Part shown: one piece after another, positions 1-11,300 of the stretch
Numbering within the stretch: the first letter of the stretch is position 1
Layout: each line of letters opens with the position of its first letter
DNA from: Eledone cirrhosa
Taxonomy: Eukaryota
Direction of reading: 5' to 3'
Length of the DNA stretch: 64,000 nucleotides
NCBI GenBank assembly: GCA_964016885.1
Contig: OZ024740.1
Coordinates: forward strand, 434,744,001-434,808,000
Notes under the pieces: model-generated
The model's input: the letters and a program-made list of their open reading frames with translations, nothing else
The model's database searches: none
Told to the model about the DNA's origin: nothing
Made by a program: the position numbers and the translations under genes

Positions 1-59
1 TGAGTCAAACATTTTTCATATTTCAAGCTTTAATTATTTAGTTCAAACAAATTCCATAC

Positions 60-665
60 AGAAAGTATTCATTGAAATATATCCTACTATATTCTATTAT
101 CTGTTGCTCAATTCTACACTTATACCATTTGGCTGGTTTAGAGGCAAAAAACTCCTTGCATTCTCATCCACATTGTTGAATCTCTGTTCATGTAAGAAAT
201 AAGCCATGGATCAAAAAAGGTGGTAATATGATGGTGCAAGGTCTGGACTGTAGGCAGGGGTGAGGCAGCACTTCCAGCCCCTCAAGGATTTGCCAACAGT
301 TCTTTGTAAATATTCCCACATAAGCCTGGTTATTGGTCAGTTCATGAACTTCTCAACAATGTCTGTTCACATGGCTGAGTTTATGGAGGTGTTGATTGAT
401 GGTGCTTTGCGAAGGACCAAGTTCTGCATGTACGAGTGCTTATGATTGGTTGTTCAACGATTTCAAGTAAGGGCTCATCTTCTACAACAGAAAGTCTCCC
501 TGCTCTTCGTTTGTCTTCGAGGTTGGTGTCACCTTCTTTGAAATGTTTGAACCAGTTTTGAGCCACACATTCACTGACAGTTCCTGGTCCTTCCACATCA
601 TTAACTTCTGTTGCCATAGCACTGTCCTTTTCTCCACAGTGTATAATCATTCTAATTCATTTCAC
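60..665 (-). mobile_element. Degraded, internally deleted mariner (Tc1/mariner) transposase
   Basis: Minus strand gives the N-terminal HTH region (TVSECVAQNWFKHFKEGDTNLEDKRRAGR). About 100 nt further on comes the C-terminal motif LEVLPHP/AYSPDLAPSYYHLF (~205-277). The catalytic core is missing; there are frameshifts and stops. TIRs were not resolved, so boundaries are approximate. Confidence 0.85.
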
Positions 666-693
666 CACTCATTATCAAAGCTGTAATATAAAT

Positions 694-1057
694 AATAATG
701 TTTATATATTATATATGATAAATAAGCAATGTTTATATATGATAAATGAGCAATGTTTATATATTATATATGATAAATGAGCAATGTTTATATATTCTAT
801 ATGATAAATGAGCAATGTTTGTATATTATATATATATATATATATATATAAAAAAAACCTTGTTTATCATATATAATATATAAACATTGCTTATTTATCA
901 TATACAATATGATAAATGAGCAATGTTTATATATTATATATATATAAACCTTGTTTATCATATATAATATAAAAACATTGCTTATTTATCATATACAATA
1001 TGATAAATAAGCAATGTTTATATATTACATATGATAAATAAGCAATGTTTATATATT
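694..1057. repeat. ~31-bp AT-rich minisatellite with inverted blocks
   Basis: Unit ATATGATAAATGAGCAATGTTTATATATTAT. Reverse-complement copies at ~860-904 and ~951-994. Confidence 0.85.
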
Positions 1058-1404
1058 CATCATCGTTTAACCCCCATTTTCCACAATGAAAATAAAGAAT
1101 AAACAACTCGGCAACAATTGGACAAATTGTATCAAATTATTGATATAATATGGAGATCGATCAAGATTAGACGTCATTTACTTACAGAGTGTAGTGGAAA
1201 ACATCAAATTGGACCAAGGAAACAATGTTTCCATTGGTCCTTTGAAGATGCCAAACATCATCAGTGAAAATCTGAAAAAAACTTTTGATTCAATATTTGG
1301 TATATTGAATAGAAAACTTACTTTATTGATCAATTCCAAAACAAAAGTCTGGTGTTCTTCAGCTTGGCACAGCTTAGATTGTTGTATATTGTATTATATG
1401 TATG

Positions 1405-1406
<2 letters not shown>

Positions 1407-1444
<38 letters not shown>
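1407..1444. repeat. (TA)n microsatellite
   Basis: Perfect TA run just upstream of the exon A acceptor. Confidence 0.9.
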
Positions 1445-1446
<2 letters not shown>

Positions 1447-1481
1447 CGGATGTTTTAATGGTGTTTGACCTTCTATTGCAG

Positions 1482-1623
1482 ATGGTGTTTGGAGAAATTC
1501 TGTTAATTGATTCCAATACTGACTTCTTGGGTCAATCAAGGTTTATTGTTACTCGTTTACTTGGAAACCCTGACATTGCCACCCAGTTTTCTCATCCTTC
1601 AGTGCCACATCTTTATAAACAAG
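1482..1623 (+). CDS. ASPM: ASPM/abnormal spindle, internal exon A (first in window)
   Basis: ttgcAG|ATG...CAAG|GTacta. Encodes MVFGEILLIDSNTDFLGQSRFIVTRLLGNPDIATQFSHPSVPHLYKQ-G, matching the recalled ASPM segment 'YGELI...[24 protein letters not shown]'. Ends phase 1. Confidence 0.93.
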
Positions 1624-1658
1624 GTACTATTAACTTGGTATTTCTTTATTCTGGTCTG

Positions 1659-1762
1659 TCTGGGAGATCAGTAGCCCCACTTCAGTACTGACTTGGTCTA
1701 TATAGACCCAACCTTTGCCATGAGGGAAAGTAGACATTAAAACAACAATGATAATAATGGTG
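1659..1762 (+). mobile_element. SINE 3' fragment
   Basis: ctgggagatcagtagccccacttcagtactga...ggaaagtagacattaaa plus an (ATG/ATA)n tail. Homologous to 28214-28304. Confidence 0.65.
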
Positions 1763-1776
1763 ATTAAAATTCACTT

Positions 1777-2297
1777 GAGTAAGATGTCAGTTTGTTGTGA
1801 CATTCGAGTAAGATGTCAGTTTGTTGTGTCATTCGAGTAAGATGTCAGTTTGTTGTGACATTCGAGTAAGATGTCAGTTTGTTGTGACATTCGAGTAAGA
1901 TGTCAGTTTGTTGTGACATTCGAGTAAGATGTCAGTTTGTTGTGACATTCGAGTAAGATGTCAGTTTGTTGTGACATTCGAGTAAGATGTCAGTTTGTTG
2001 TGACATTCGAGTAAGATGTCAGTTTGTTGTGACATTCGAGTAAGATGTCAGTTTGTTGTGACATTCGAGTAAGATGTCAGTTTGTTGTGACATTCGAGTA
2101 AGATGTCAGTTTGTTGTGACATTCGAGTAAGATGTCAGTTTGTTGTGACATTCGAGTAAGATGTCAGTTTGTTGTGACATTCGAGTAAGATGTCAGTTTG
2201 TTGTGACATTCGAGTAAGATGTCAGTTTGTTGTGACATTCGAGTAAGATGTCAGTTTGTTGTGACATTCGAGTAAGATGTCAGTTTGTTGTGACATT
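1777..2297. repeat. 29-bp minisatellite, ~18 near-perfect copies
   Basis: Unit CGAGTAAGATGTCAGTTTGTTGTGACATT with internal inverted repeat ATGTCA/TGACAT. No spacers. Confidence 0.97.
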
Positions 2298-2355
2298 ATC
2301 CACTGAAACAATTTGAACAACGCTTTGCAAGTTAACAAAACTGTTCATTTTCACA

Positions 2356-5300
2356 GCAGTGAGATGTACCCCAGCTGGCAATGAGATGTACCCCAGTCTC
2401 TACTGGCAATGAGATGTACCCCAGTCTCTACTGGCATGGAAATATACCCCAGCTGGCAGAGATGTGCCCCAATCTCTACTGGCAGTGAGGTGTACCCCAG
2501 TCTCTACTGGCAGTGAGGTGTACCCCAGTCTCTGCTGGCAGTGAGATGTACCCCAGTCTGTACTGGCAGTGAGATGTACCCCAGTCTCTACTGGCAGTGA
2601 GGTGTACCCCAGTCTCTACTGGCAGTGAGGTGTACCCCAGTCTCTACTGGCAGTGAGGTGTACCCCAGTCTGTACTGGCAGTGAGATGTACCCCAGTCTC
2701 CACTGGCAGTGAGATGTGCCCCAGTCTGTACTGGCAGTGAGATGTACCCCAGTCTCTACTGGCAGTGAGGTGTACCCCAGTCTCTACTGGCAGTGAGGTG
2801 TACCCCAGTCTCTACTGGCAGTGAGGTGTACCCCAGTCTGTACTGGCAGTGAGATGTACCCCAGTCTGTAGTGGCAGTGAGATGTACCCCAGTCTGTACT
2901 GGCAGTGAGGTGTACCCCAGTCTCTACTGGCAGTGAGGTGTACCCCAGTCTGTAGTGGCAGTGAGATGTACCCCAGTCTGTAGTGGCAGTGAGATGTACC
3001 CCAGTCTCTACTGGCAGTGAGATGTACCCCAGTCTCTACTGGCAGTGAGGTGTACCCCAGTCTCTACTGGCAGTGAGATGTACCCCAGTCTCCACTGGCA
3101 GTGAGATGTACCCCAGTCTGTAGTGGCAGTGAGATGTACCCCAGTCTCTACTGGCAGTGAGGTGTACCCCAGTATCCACTGGCAGTGAGATGTACCCCAG
3201 TCTGTAGTGGCAGTGAGATGTACCCCAGTCTCTACTGGCAGTGAGGTGTACCCCAGTCTCCACTGGCAGTGAGATGTACCCCAGTCTGTAGTGGCAGTGA
3301 GATGTACCCCAGTCTGTAGTGGCAGTGAGATGTACCCCAGTCTGTAGTGGCAGTGAGATGTACCCCAGTCTGTAGTGGCAGTGAGATGTACTCCAGTCTC
3401 TACTGGCAGTGAGGTGTACCCCAGTCTGTACTGGCAGTGAGGTGTACCCCAGTCTCCACTGGCAGTGAGATGTACCCCAGTCTCCACTGGCAGTGAGGTG
3501 TACCCCAGTCTCTACTGGCAGTGAGATGTACCCCAGTCTCCACTGGCAGTGAGATGTACCCCAGTCTCCACTGGCAGTGAGATGTACCCCAGTCTGTACT
3601 GGCAGTGACATGTACCCCAGTCTGTAGTGGCAGTGAGATGTACCCCAGTCTGTAGTGGCAGTGAGATGTACCCCAGTCTCTACTGGCAGTGAGGTGTACC
3701 CCAGTCTGTAGTGGCAGTGAGATGTACCCCAGTCTGTAGTGGCAGTGAGGTGTACCCCAGTCTCTACTGGCAGTGAGATGTACCCCAGTCTCTACTGGCA
3801 GTGAGGTGTACCCCAGTCTCCACTGGCAGTGAGGTGTACCCCAGTCTGTACTGGCAGTGAGATGTACCCCAGTCTCTACTGGCAGTGAGGTGTACCCCAG
3901 TCTCTACTGGCAGTGAGGTGTACCCCAGTCTCTACTGGCAGTGAGGTGTACCCCAGTCTCCACTGGCAGTGAGGTGTACCCCAGTCTCCACTGGCAGTGA
4001 GGTGTACCCCAGTCTCCACTGGCAGTGAGGTGTACCCCAGTCTCCACTGGCAGTGAGGTGTACCCCAGTCTCCACTGGCAGTGAGGTGTACCCCAGTCTC
4101 TACTGGCAGTGAGGTGTACCCCAGTCTCTACTGGCAGTGAGGTGTACCCCAGTCTCCACTGGCAGTGAGGTGTACCCCAGTCTCCACTGGCAGTGAGGTG
4201 TACCCCAGTCTCCACTGGCAGTGAGGTGTACCCCAGTCTCCACTGGCAGTGAGGTGTACCCCAGTCTCCACTGGCAGTGAGGTGTACCCCAGTCTCCACT
4301 GGCAGTGAGCTGTACCCCAGTCTGTAGTGGCAGTGAGGTGTACCCCAGTCTCTACTGGCAGTGAGGTGTACCCCAGTCTCTACTGGCAGTGAGGTGTACC
4401 CCAGTCTCTACTGGCAGTGAGGTGTACCCCAGTCTCTACTGGCAGTGAGATGTACCCCAGTCTCCACTGGCAGTGAGGTGTACCCCAGTCTCCACTGGCA
4501 GTGAGGTGTACCCCAGTCTCCACTGGCAGTGAGGTGTACCCCAGTCTCTACTGGCAGTGAGGTGTACCCCAGTCTGTACTGGCAGTGAGGTGTACCCCAG
4601 TCTGTACTGGCAGTGAGGTGTACCCCAGTCTGTACTGGCAGTGAGGTGTACCCCAGTCTGTACTGGCAGTGAGGTGTGCCCCAGTCTCCACTGGCAGTGA
4701 GGTGTGCCCCAGTCTCCACTGGCAGTGAGGTGTACCCCAGTCTCTACTGGCAGTGAGGTGTACCCCAGTCTGTAGTGGCAGTGAGATGTACCCCAGTCTC
4801 TACTGGCAGTGAGCTGTACCCCAGTCTCTACTGGCAGTGAGCTGTACCCCAGTCTCTACTGGCAGTGAGGTGTACCCCAGTCTGTACTGGCAGTGAGATG
4901 TACCCCAGTCTCTACTGGCAGTGAGCTGTACCCCAGTCTCCACTGGCAGTGAGGTGTACCCCAGTCTCCACTGGCAGTGAGGTGTACCCCAGTCTCTACT
5001 GGCAGTGAGATGTACCCCAGTCTCTACTGGCAGTGAGGTGTAGCCCAGTCTCCACTGGCAGTGAGGTGTACCCCAGTCTCCACTGGCAGTGAGGTGTACC
5101 CCAGTCTCCACTGGCAGTGAGGTGTACCCCAGTCTCCACTGGCAGTGAGGTGTACCCCAGTCTGTACTGGCAGTGAGGTGTACCCCAGTCTCCACTGGCA
5201 GTGAGGTGTACCCCAGTCTCCACTGGCAGTGAGGTGTACCCAAGTCTCCACTGGCAGTGAGCTGTACCCCAGTCTCTACTGGCAGTGAGATGTACCCCAG

Positions 5301-8300
5301 TCTCCACTGGCAGTGAGGTGTACCCCAGTCTCCACTGGCAGTGAGGTGTACCCCAGTCTCCACTGGCAGTGAGGTGTACCCCAGTCTCCACTGGCAGTGA
5401 GGTGTACCCCAGTCTCTACTGGCAGTGAGGTGTACCCCAGTCTGTACTGGCAGTGAGGTGTACCCCAGTCTGTACTGGCAGTGAGGTGTACCCCAGTCTG
5501 TACTGGCAGTGAGGTGTACCCCAGTCTGTACTGGCAGTGAGGTGTGCCCCAGTCTCCACTGGCAGTGAGGTGTGCCCCAGTCTCCACTGGCAGTGAGGTG
5601 TACCCCAGTCTCTACTGGCAGTGAGGTGTACCCCAGTCTGTAGTGGCAGTGAGCTGTACCCCAGTCTCTACTGGCAGTGAGCTGTACCCCAGTCTCTACT
5701 GGCAGTGAGCTGTACCCCAGTCTCTACTGGCAGTGAGGTGTACCCCAGTCTGTACTGGCAGTGAGATGTACCCCAGTCTCTACTGGCAGTGAGCTGTACC
5801 CCAGTCTCCACTGGCAGTGAGGTGTACCCCAGTCTGTAGTGGCAGTGAGCTGTACCCCAGTCTCTACTGGCAGTGAGGTGTACCCCAGTCTGTATTGGCA
5901 GTGAGATGTACCCCAGTCTCTACTGGCAGTGAGATGTACCCCAGTCTCTACTGGCAGTGAGCTGTACCCCAGTCTCTACTGGCAGTGAGCTGTACCCCAG
6001 TCTCCACTGGCAGTGAGGTGTACCCCAGTCTGTAGTGGCAGTGAGATGTACCCCAGTCTCTACTGGCAGTGAGGTGTACCCCAGTCTGTAGTGGCAGTGA
6101 GATGTACCCCAGTCTCTACTGGCAGTGAGGTGTACCCCAGTCTGTAGTGGCAGTGAGCTGTACCCCAGTCTCTACTGGCAGTGAGGTGTACCCCAGTCTG
6201 TAGTGGCAGTGAGATGTACCCCAGTCTCTACTGGCAGTGAGCTGTACCCCAGTCTGTAGTGGCAGTGAGCTGTACCCCAGTCTCTACTGGCAGTGAGCTG
6301 TACCCCAGTCTCTACTGGCAGTGAGCTGTACCCCAGTCTCTACTGGCAGTGAGCTGTACCCCAGTCTCCACTGGCAGTGAGGTGTACCCCAGTCTGTAGT
6401 GGCAGTGAGATGTACCCCAGTCTCTACTGGCAGTGAGGTGTACCCCAGTCTGTAGTGGCAGTGAGATGTACCCCAGTCTCTACTGGCAGTGAGGTGTACC
6501 CCAGTCTGTAGTGGCAGTGAGCTGTACCCCAGTCTCTACTGGCAGTGAGCTGTACCCCAGTCTCTACTGGCAGTGAGCTGTACCCCAGTCTCTACTGGCA
6601 GTGAGCTGTACCCCAGTCTCTACTGGCAGTGAGCTGTACCCCAGTCTCTACTGGCAGTGAGGTGTACCCCAGTCTGTAGTGGCAGTGAGATGTACCCCAG
6701 TCTCTACTGGCAGTGAGCTGTACCCCAGTCTCCACTGGCAGTGAGATGTACCCCAGTCTCCACTGGCAGTGAGATGTACCCCAGTCTCCACTGGCAGTGA
6801 GATGTACCCCAGTCTCTACTGGCAGTGAGGTGTACCCCAGTCTCCACTGGCAGTGAGATGTACCCCAGTCTCTACTGGCAGTGAGGTGTACCCCAGTCTG
6901 TAGTGGCAGTGAGGTGTACCCCAGTCTGTAGTGGCAGTGAGATGTACCCCAGTCTGTAGTGGCAGTGAGGTGTACCCCAGTCTCTACTGGCAGTGAGGTG
7001 TACCCCAGTCTCTACTGGCAGTGAGATGTACCCCAGTCTCTACTGGCAGTGAGATGTACCCCAGTCTCTACTGGCAGTGAGATGTACCCCAGTCTCTACT
7101 GGCAGTGAGATGTACCCCAGTCTGTACTGGCAGTGAGCTGTACCCCCAGTCTCTACTGGCAGTGAGCTGTACCCCCAGTCTCCACTGGCAGTGAGGTGTA
7201 CCCCAGTCTCCACTGGCAGTGAGGTGTACCCCAGTCTGTACTGGCAGTGAGGTGTACCCCAGTCTGTACTGGCAGTGAGGTGTACCCCAGTCTGTACTGG
7301 CAGTGAGGTGTACCCCAGTCTCTACTGGCAGTGAGGTGTACCCCAGTCTCTACTGGCAGTGAGGTGTACCCCAGTCTCCACTGGCAGTGAGATGTACCCC
7401 AGTCTGTACTGGCAGTGAGATGTATCCCAGTCTCTACTGGCAGTGAGGTGTACCCCAGTCTCTACTGGCAGTGAGGTGTACCCCAGTCTCTACTGGCAGT
7501 GAGGTGTGCCCCAGTCTGTAGTGGCAGTGAGATGTACCCCAGTCTCCACTGGCAGTGAGCTGTACCCCAGTCTCTACTGGCAGTGAGGTGTACCCCAGTC
7601 TCTACTGGCAGTGAGATGTACCCCAGTCTCTACTGGCAGTGAGATGTACCCCAGTCTCTACTGGCAGTGAGATGTACCCCAGTCTCTACTGGCAGTGAGG
7701 TGTACCCCAGTCTCTACTGGCAGTGAGGTGTGCCCCAGTCTGTAGTGGCAGTGAGATGTACCCCAGTCTCCACTGGCAGTGAGCTGTACCCCAGTCTCTA
7801 CTGGCAGTGAGCTGTACCCCAGTCTCTACTGGCAGTGAGCTGTACCCCAGTCTCCACTGGCAGTGAGGTGTACCCCAGTCTGTAGTGGCAGTGAGATGTA
7901 CCCCAGTCTCTACTGGCAGTGAGGTGTACCCCAGTCTGTAGTGGCAGTGAGATGTACCCCAGTCTCTACTGGCAGTGAGGTGTACCCCAGTCTGTAGTGG
8001 CAGTGAGCTGTACCCCAGTCTCTACTGGCAGTGAGCTGTACCCCAGTCTCTACTGGCAGTGAGCTGTACCCCAGTCTCCACTGGCAGTGAGGTGTACCCC
8101 AGTCTGTAGTGGCAGTGAGATGTACCCCAGTCTCTACTGGCAGTGAGGTGTACCCCAGTCTGTAGTGGCAGTGAGATGTACCCCAGTCTCTACTGGCAGT
8201 GAGGTGTACCCCAGTCTGTAGTGGCAGTGAGCTGTACCCCAGTCTGTAGTGGCAGTGAGCTGTACCCCAGTCTGTAGTGGCAGTGAGCTGTACCCCAGTC

Positions 8301-11300
8301 TCTACTGGCAGTGAGCTGTACCCCAGTCTCTACTGGCAGTGAGGTGTACCCCAGTCTGTAGTGGCAGTGAGATGTACCCCAGTCTCTACTGGCAGTGAGA
8401 TGTACCCCAGTCTCTACTGGCAGTGAGATGTACCCCAGTCTCCACTGGCAGTGAGATGTACCCCAGTCTCCACTGGCAGTGAGATGTACCCCAGTCTCCA
8501 CTGGCAGTGAGATGTACCCCAGTCTCCACTGGCAGTGAGATGTACCCCAGTCTCCACTGGCAGTGAGATGTACCCCAGTCTCCACTGGCAGTGAGATGTA
8601 CCCCAGTCTCTACTGGCAGTGAGGTGTACCCCAGTCTCCACTGGCAGTGAGATGTACCCCAGTCTCTACTGGCAGTGAGGTGTACCCCAGTCTGTAGTGG
8701 CAGTGAGGTGTACCCCAGTCTGTAGTGGCAGTGAGATGTACCCCAGTCTCTACTGGCAGTGAGGTGTACCCCAGTCTCTACTGGCAGTGAGGTGTACCCC
8801 AGTCTCTACTGGCAGTGAGGTGTACCCCAGTCTCTACTGGCAGTGAGATGTACCCCAGTCTCTACTGGCAGTGAGATGTACCCCAGTCTCTACTGGCAGT
8901 GAGATGTACCCCAGTCTCTACTGGCAGTGAGATGTACCCCAGTCTCTACTGGCAGTGAGATGTACCCCCAGTCTCTACTGGCAGTGAGCTGTACCCCCAG
9001 TCTCTACTGGCAGTGAGGTGTACCCCAGTCTCCACTGGCAGTGAGGTGTACCCCAGTCTGTACTGGCAGTGAGGTGTACCCCAGTCTCTACTGGCAGTGA
9101 GGTGTACCCCAGTCTCTACTGGCAGTAAGGTGTACCCCAGTCTCCACTGGCAGTGAGATGTACCCCAGTCTGTACTGGCAGTGAGATGTACCCCAGTCTG
9201 TACTGGCAGTGAGATGTACCCCAGTCTCTACTGGCAGTGAGGTGTACCCCAGTCTCTACTGGCAGTGAGGTGTACCCCAGTCTCTACTGGCAGTGAGGTG
9301 TGCCCCAGTCTGTAGTGGCAGTGAGCTGTACCCCAGTCTCTACTGGCAGTGAGCTGTACCCCAGTCTCTACTGGCAGTGAGCTGTACCCCAGTCTCTACT
9401 GGCAGTGAGGTGTACCCCAGTCTGTACTGGCAGTGAGGTGTACCCCAGTCTGTACTGGCAGTGAGGTGTACCCCAGTCTCTACTGGCAGTGAGGTGTGCC
9501 CCAGTCTGTAGTGGCAGTGAGATGTACCCCAGTCTCCACTGGCACTGAGCTGTACCCCAGTCTCTACTGGCAGTGAGGTGTACCCCAGTCTCTACTGGCA
9601 GTGAGCTGTACCCCAGTCTCCACTGGCAGTGAGCTGTACCCCAGTCTCTACTGGCAGTGAGATGTACCCCAGTCTCTACTGGCAGTGAGGTGTACCCCAG
9701 TCTCCACTGGCAGTGAGATGTACCCCAGTCTGTACTGGCAGTGAGATGTACCCCAGTCTCTACTGGCAGTGAGGTGTACCCCAGTCTCTACTGGCAGTGA
9801 GGTGTACCCCAGTCTGTAGTGGCAGTGAGGTGTACCCCAGTCTGTAGTGGCAGTGAGATGTACCCCAGTCTGTAGTGGCAGTGAGATGTACCCCAGTCTG
9901 TAGTGGCAGTGAGATGTACCCCAGTCTGTAGTGGCAGTGAGATGTGCCCCAGTCTGTAGTGGCAGTGAGATGTGCCCCAGTCTGTACTGGCAGTGAGATG
10001 TACCCCAGTCTCCACTGGCAGTGAGGTGTACCCCAGTCTGTACTGGCAGTGAGGTGTACCCCAGTCTGTAGTGGCAGTGAGATGTACCCCAGTCTCTACT
10101 GGCAGTGAGATGTACCCCAGTCTCTACTGGCAGTGAGGTGTACCCCAGTCTCTACTGGCAGTGAGATGTACCCCAGTCTCTACTGGCAGTGAGGTGTACC
10201 CCAGTCTCTACTGGCAGTGAGATGTACCCCAGTCTCTACTGGCAGTGAGGTGTACCCCAGTCTGTAGTGGCAGTGAGATGTACCCCAGTCTCTACTGGCA
10301 GTGAGATGTACCCCAGTCTCTACTGGCAGTGAGGTGTACCCCAGTCTCTACTGGCAGTGAGATGTACCCCAGTCTGTAGTGGCAGTGAGGTGTACCCCAG
10401 TCTGTAGTGGCAGTGAGATGTACCTCAGTCTCTACTGGCAGTGAGATGTACCCCAGTCTCTACTGGCAGTGAGGTGTACCCCAGTCTCTACTGGCAGTGA
10501 GGTGTACCCCAGTCTCTACTGGCAGTGAGGTGTACCCCAGTCTGTACTGGCAGTGAGATGTACCCCAGTCTCTACTGGCAGTGAGGTGTACCCCAGTCTC
10601 TACTGGCAGTGAGGTGTACCCCAGTCTCTACTGGCAGTGAGGTGTACCCCAGTCTCTACTGGCAGTGAGGTGTACCCCAGTCTCTACTGGCAGTGAGGTG
10701 TACCCCAGTCTCTACTGGCAGTGAGGTGTACCCCAGTCTCTACTGGCAGTGAGATGTACCCCAGTCTGTACTGGCAGTGAGGTGTACCCCAGTCTGTACT
10801 GGCAGTGAGATGTACCCCAGTCTCTACTGGCAGTGAGGTGTACCCCAGTCTCTACTGGCAGTGAGGTGTACCCCAGTCTCTACTGGCAGTGAGGTGTACC
10901 CCAGTCTGTAGTGGCAGTGAGGTGTACCCCAGTCTCTACTGGCAGTGAGATGTACCCCTGTCTGTAGTGGCAGTGAGATGTACCCCTGTCTGTAGTGGCA
11001 GTGAGGTGTACCCCAGTCTGTAGTGGCAGTGAGATGTACCCCAGTCTCTACTGGCAGTGAGATGTACCCCTGTCTGTAGTGGCAGTGAGATGTACCCCTG
11101 TCTGTAGTGGCAGGTGTACCCCAGTCTGTAGTGGCAGGAGGTGTACCCCAGTCTGTAGTGGCAGTGAGATGTACCCCAGTGTGTAGTGGCAGTGAGGTGT
11201 ACCCCAGTCTCTACTGGCAGTGAGATGTACCCCTGTCTGTAGTGGCAGTGAGATGTACCCCTGTCTGTAGTGGCAGTGAGGTGTACCCCTGTCTGTAGTG

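Noticed and set aside
381-650. SETMAR-like or active transposase gene
   Set aside because: No SET domain, catalytic core deleted, frameshifts and stops.
1777-2297. CRISPR array (29-bp hairpin-forming repeat)
   Set aside because: Units are contiguous with no unique spacers, there are no cas genes, and the context is a eukaryotic intron.
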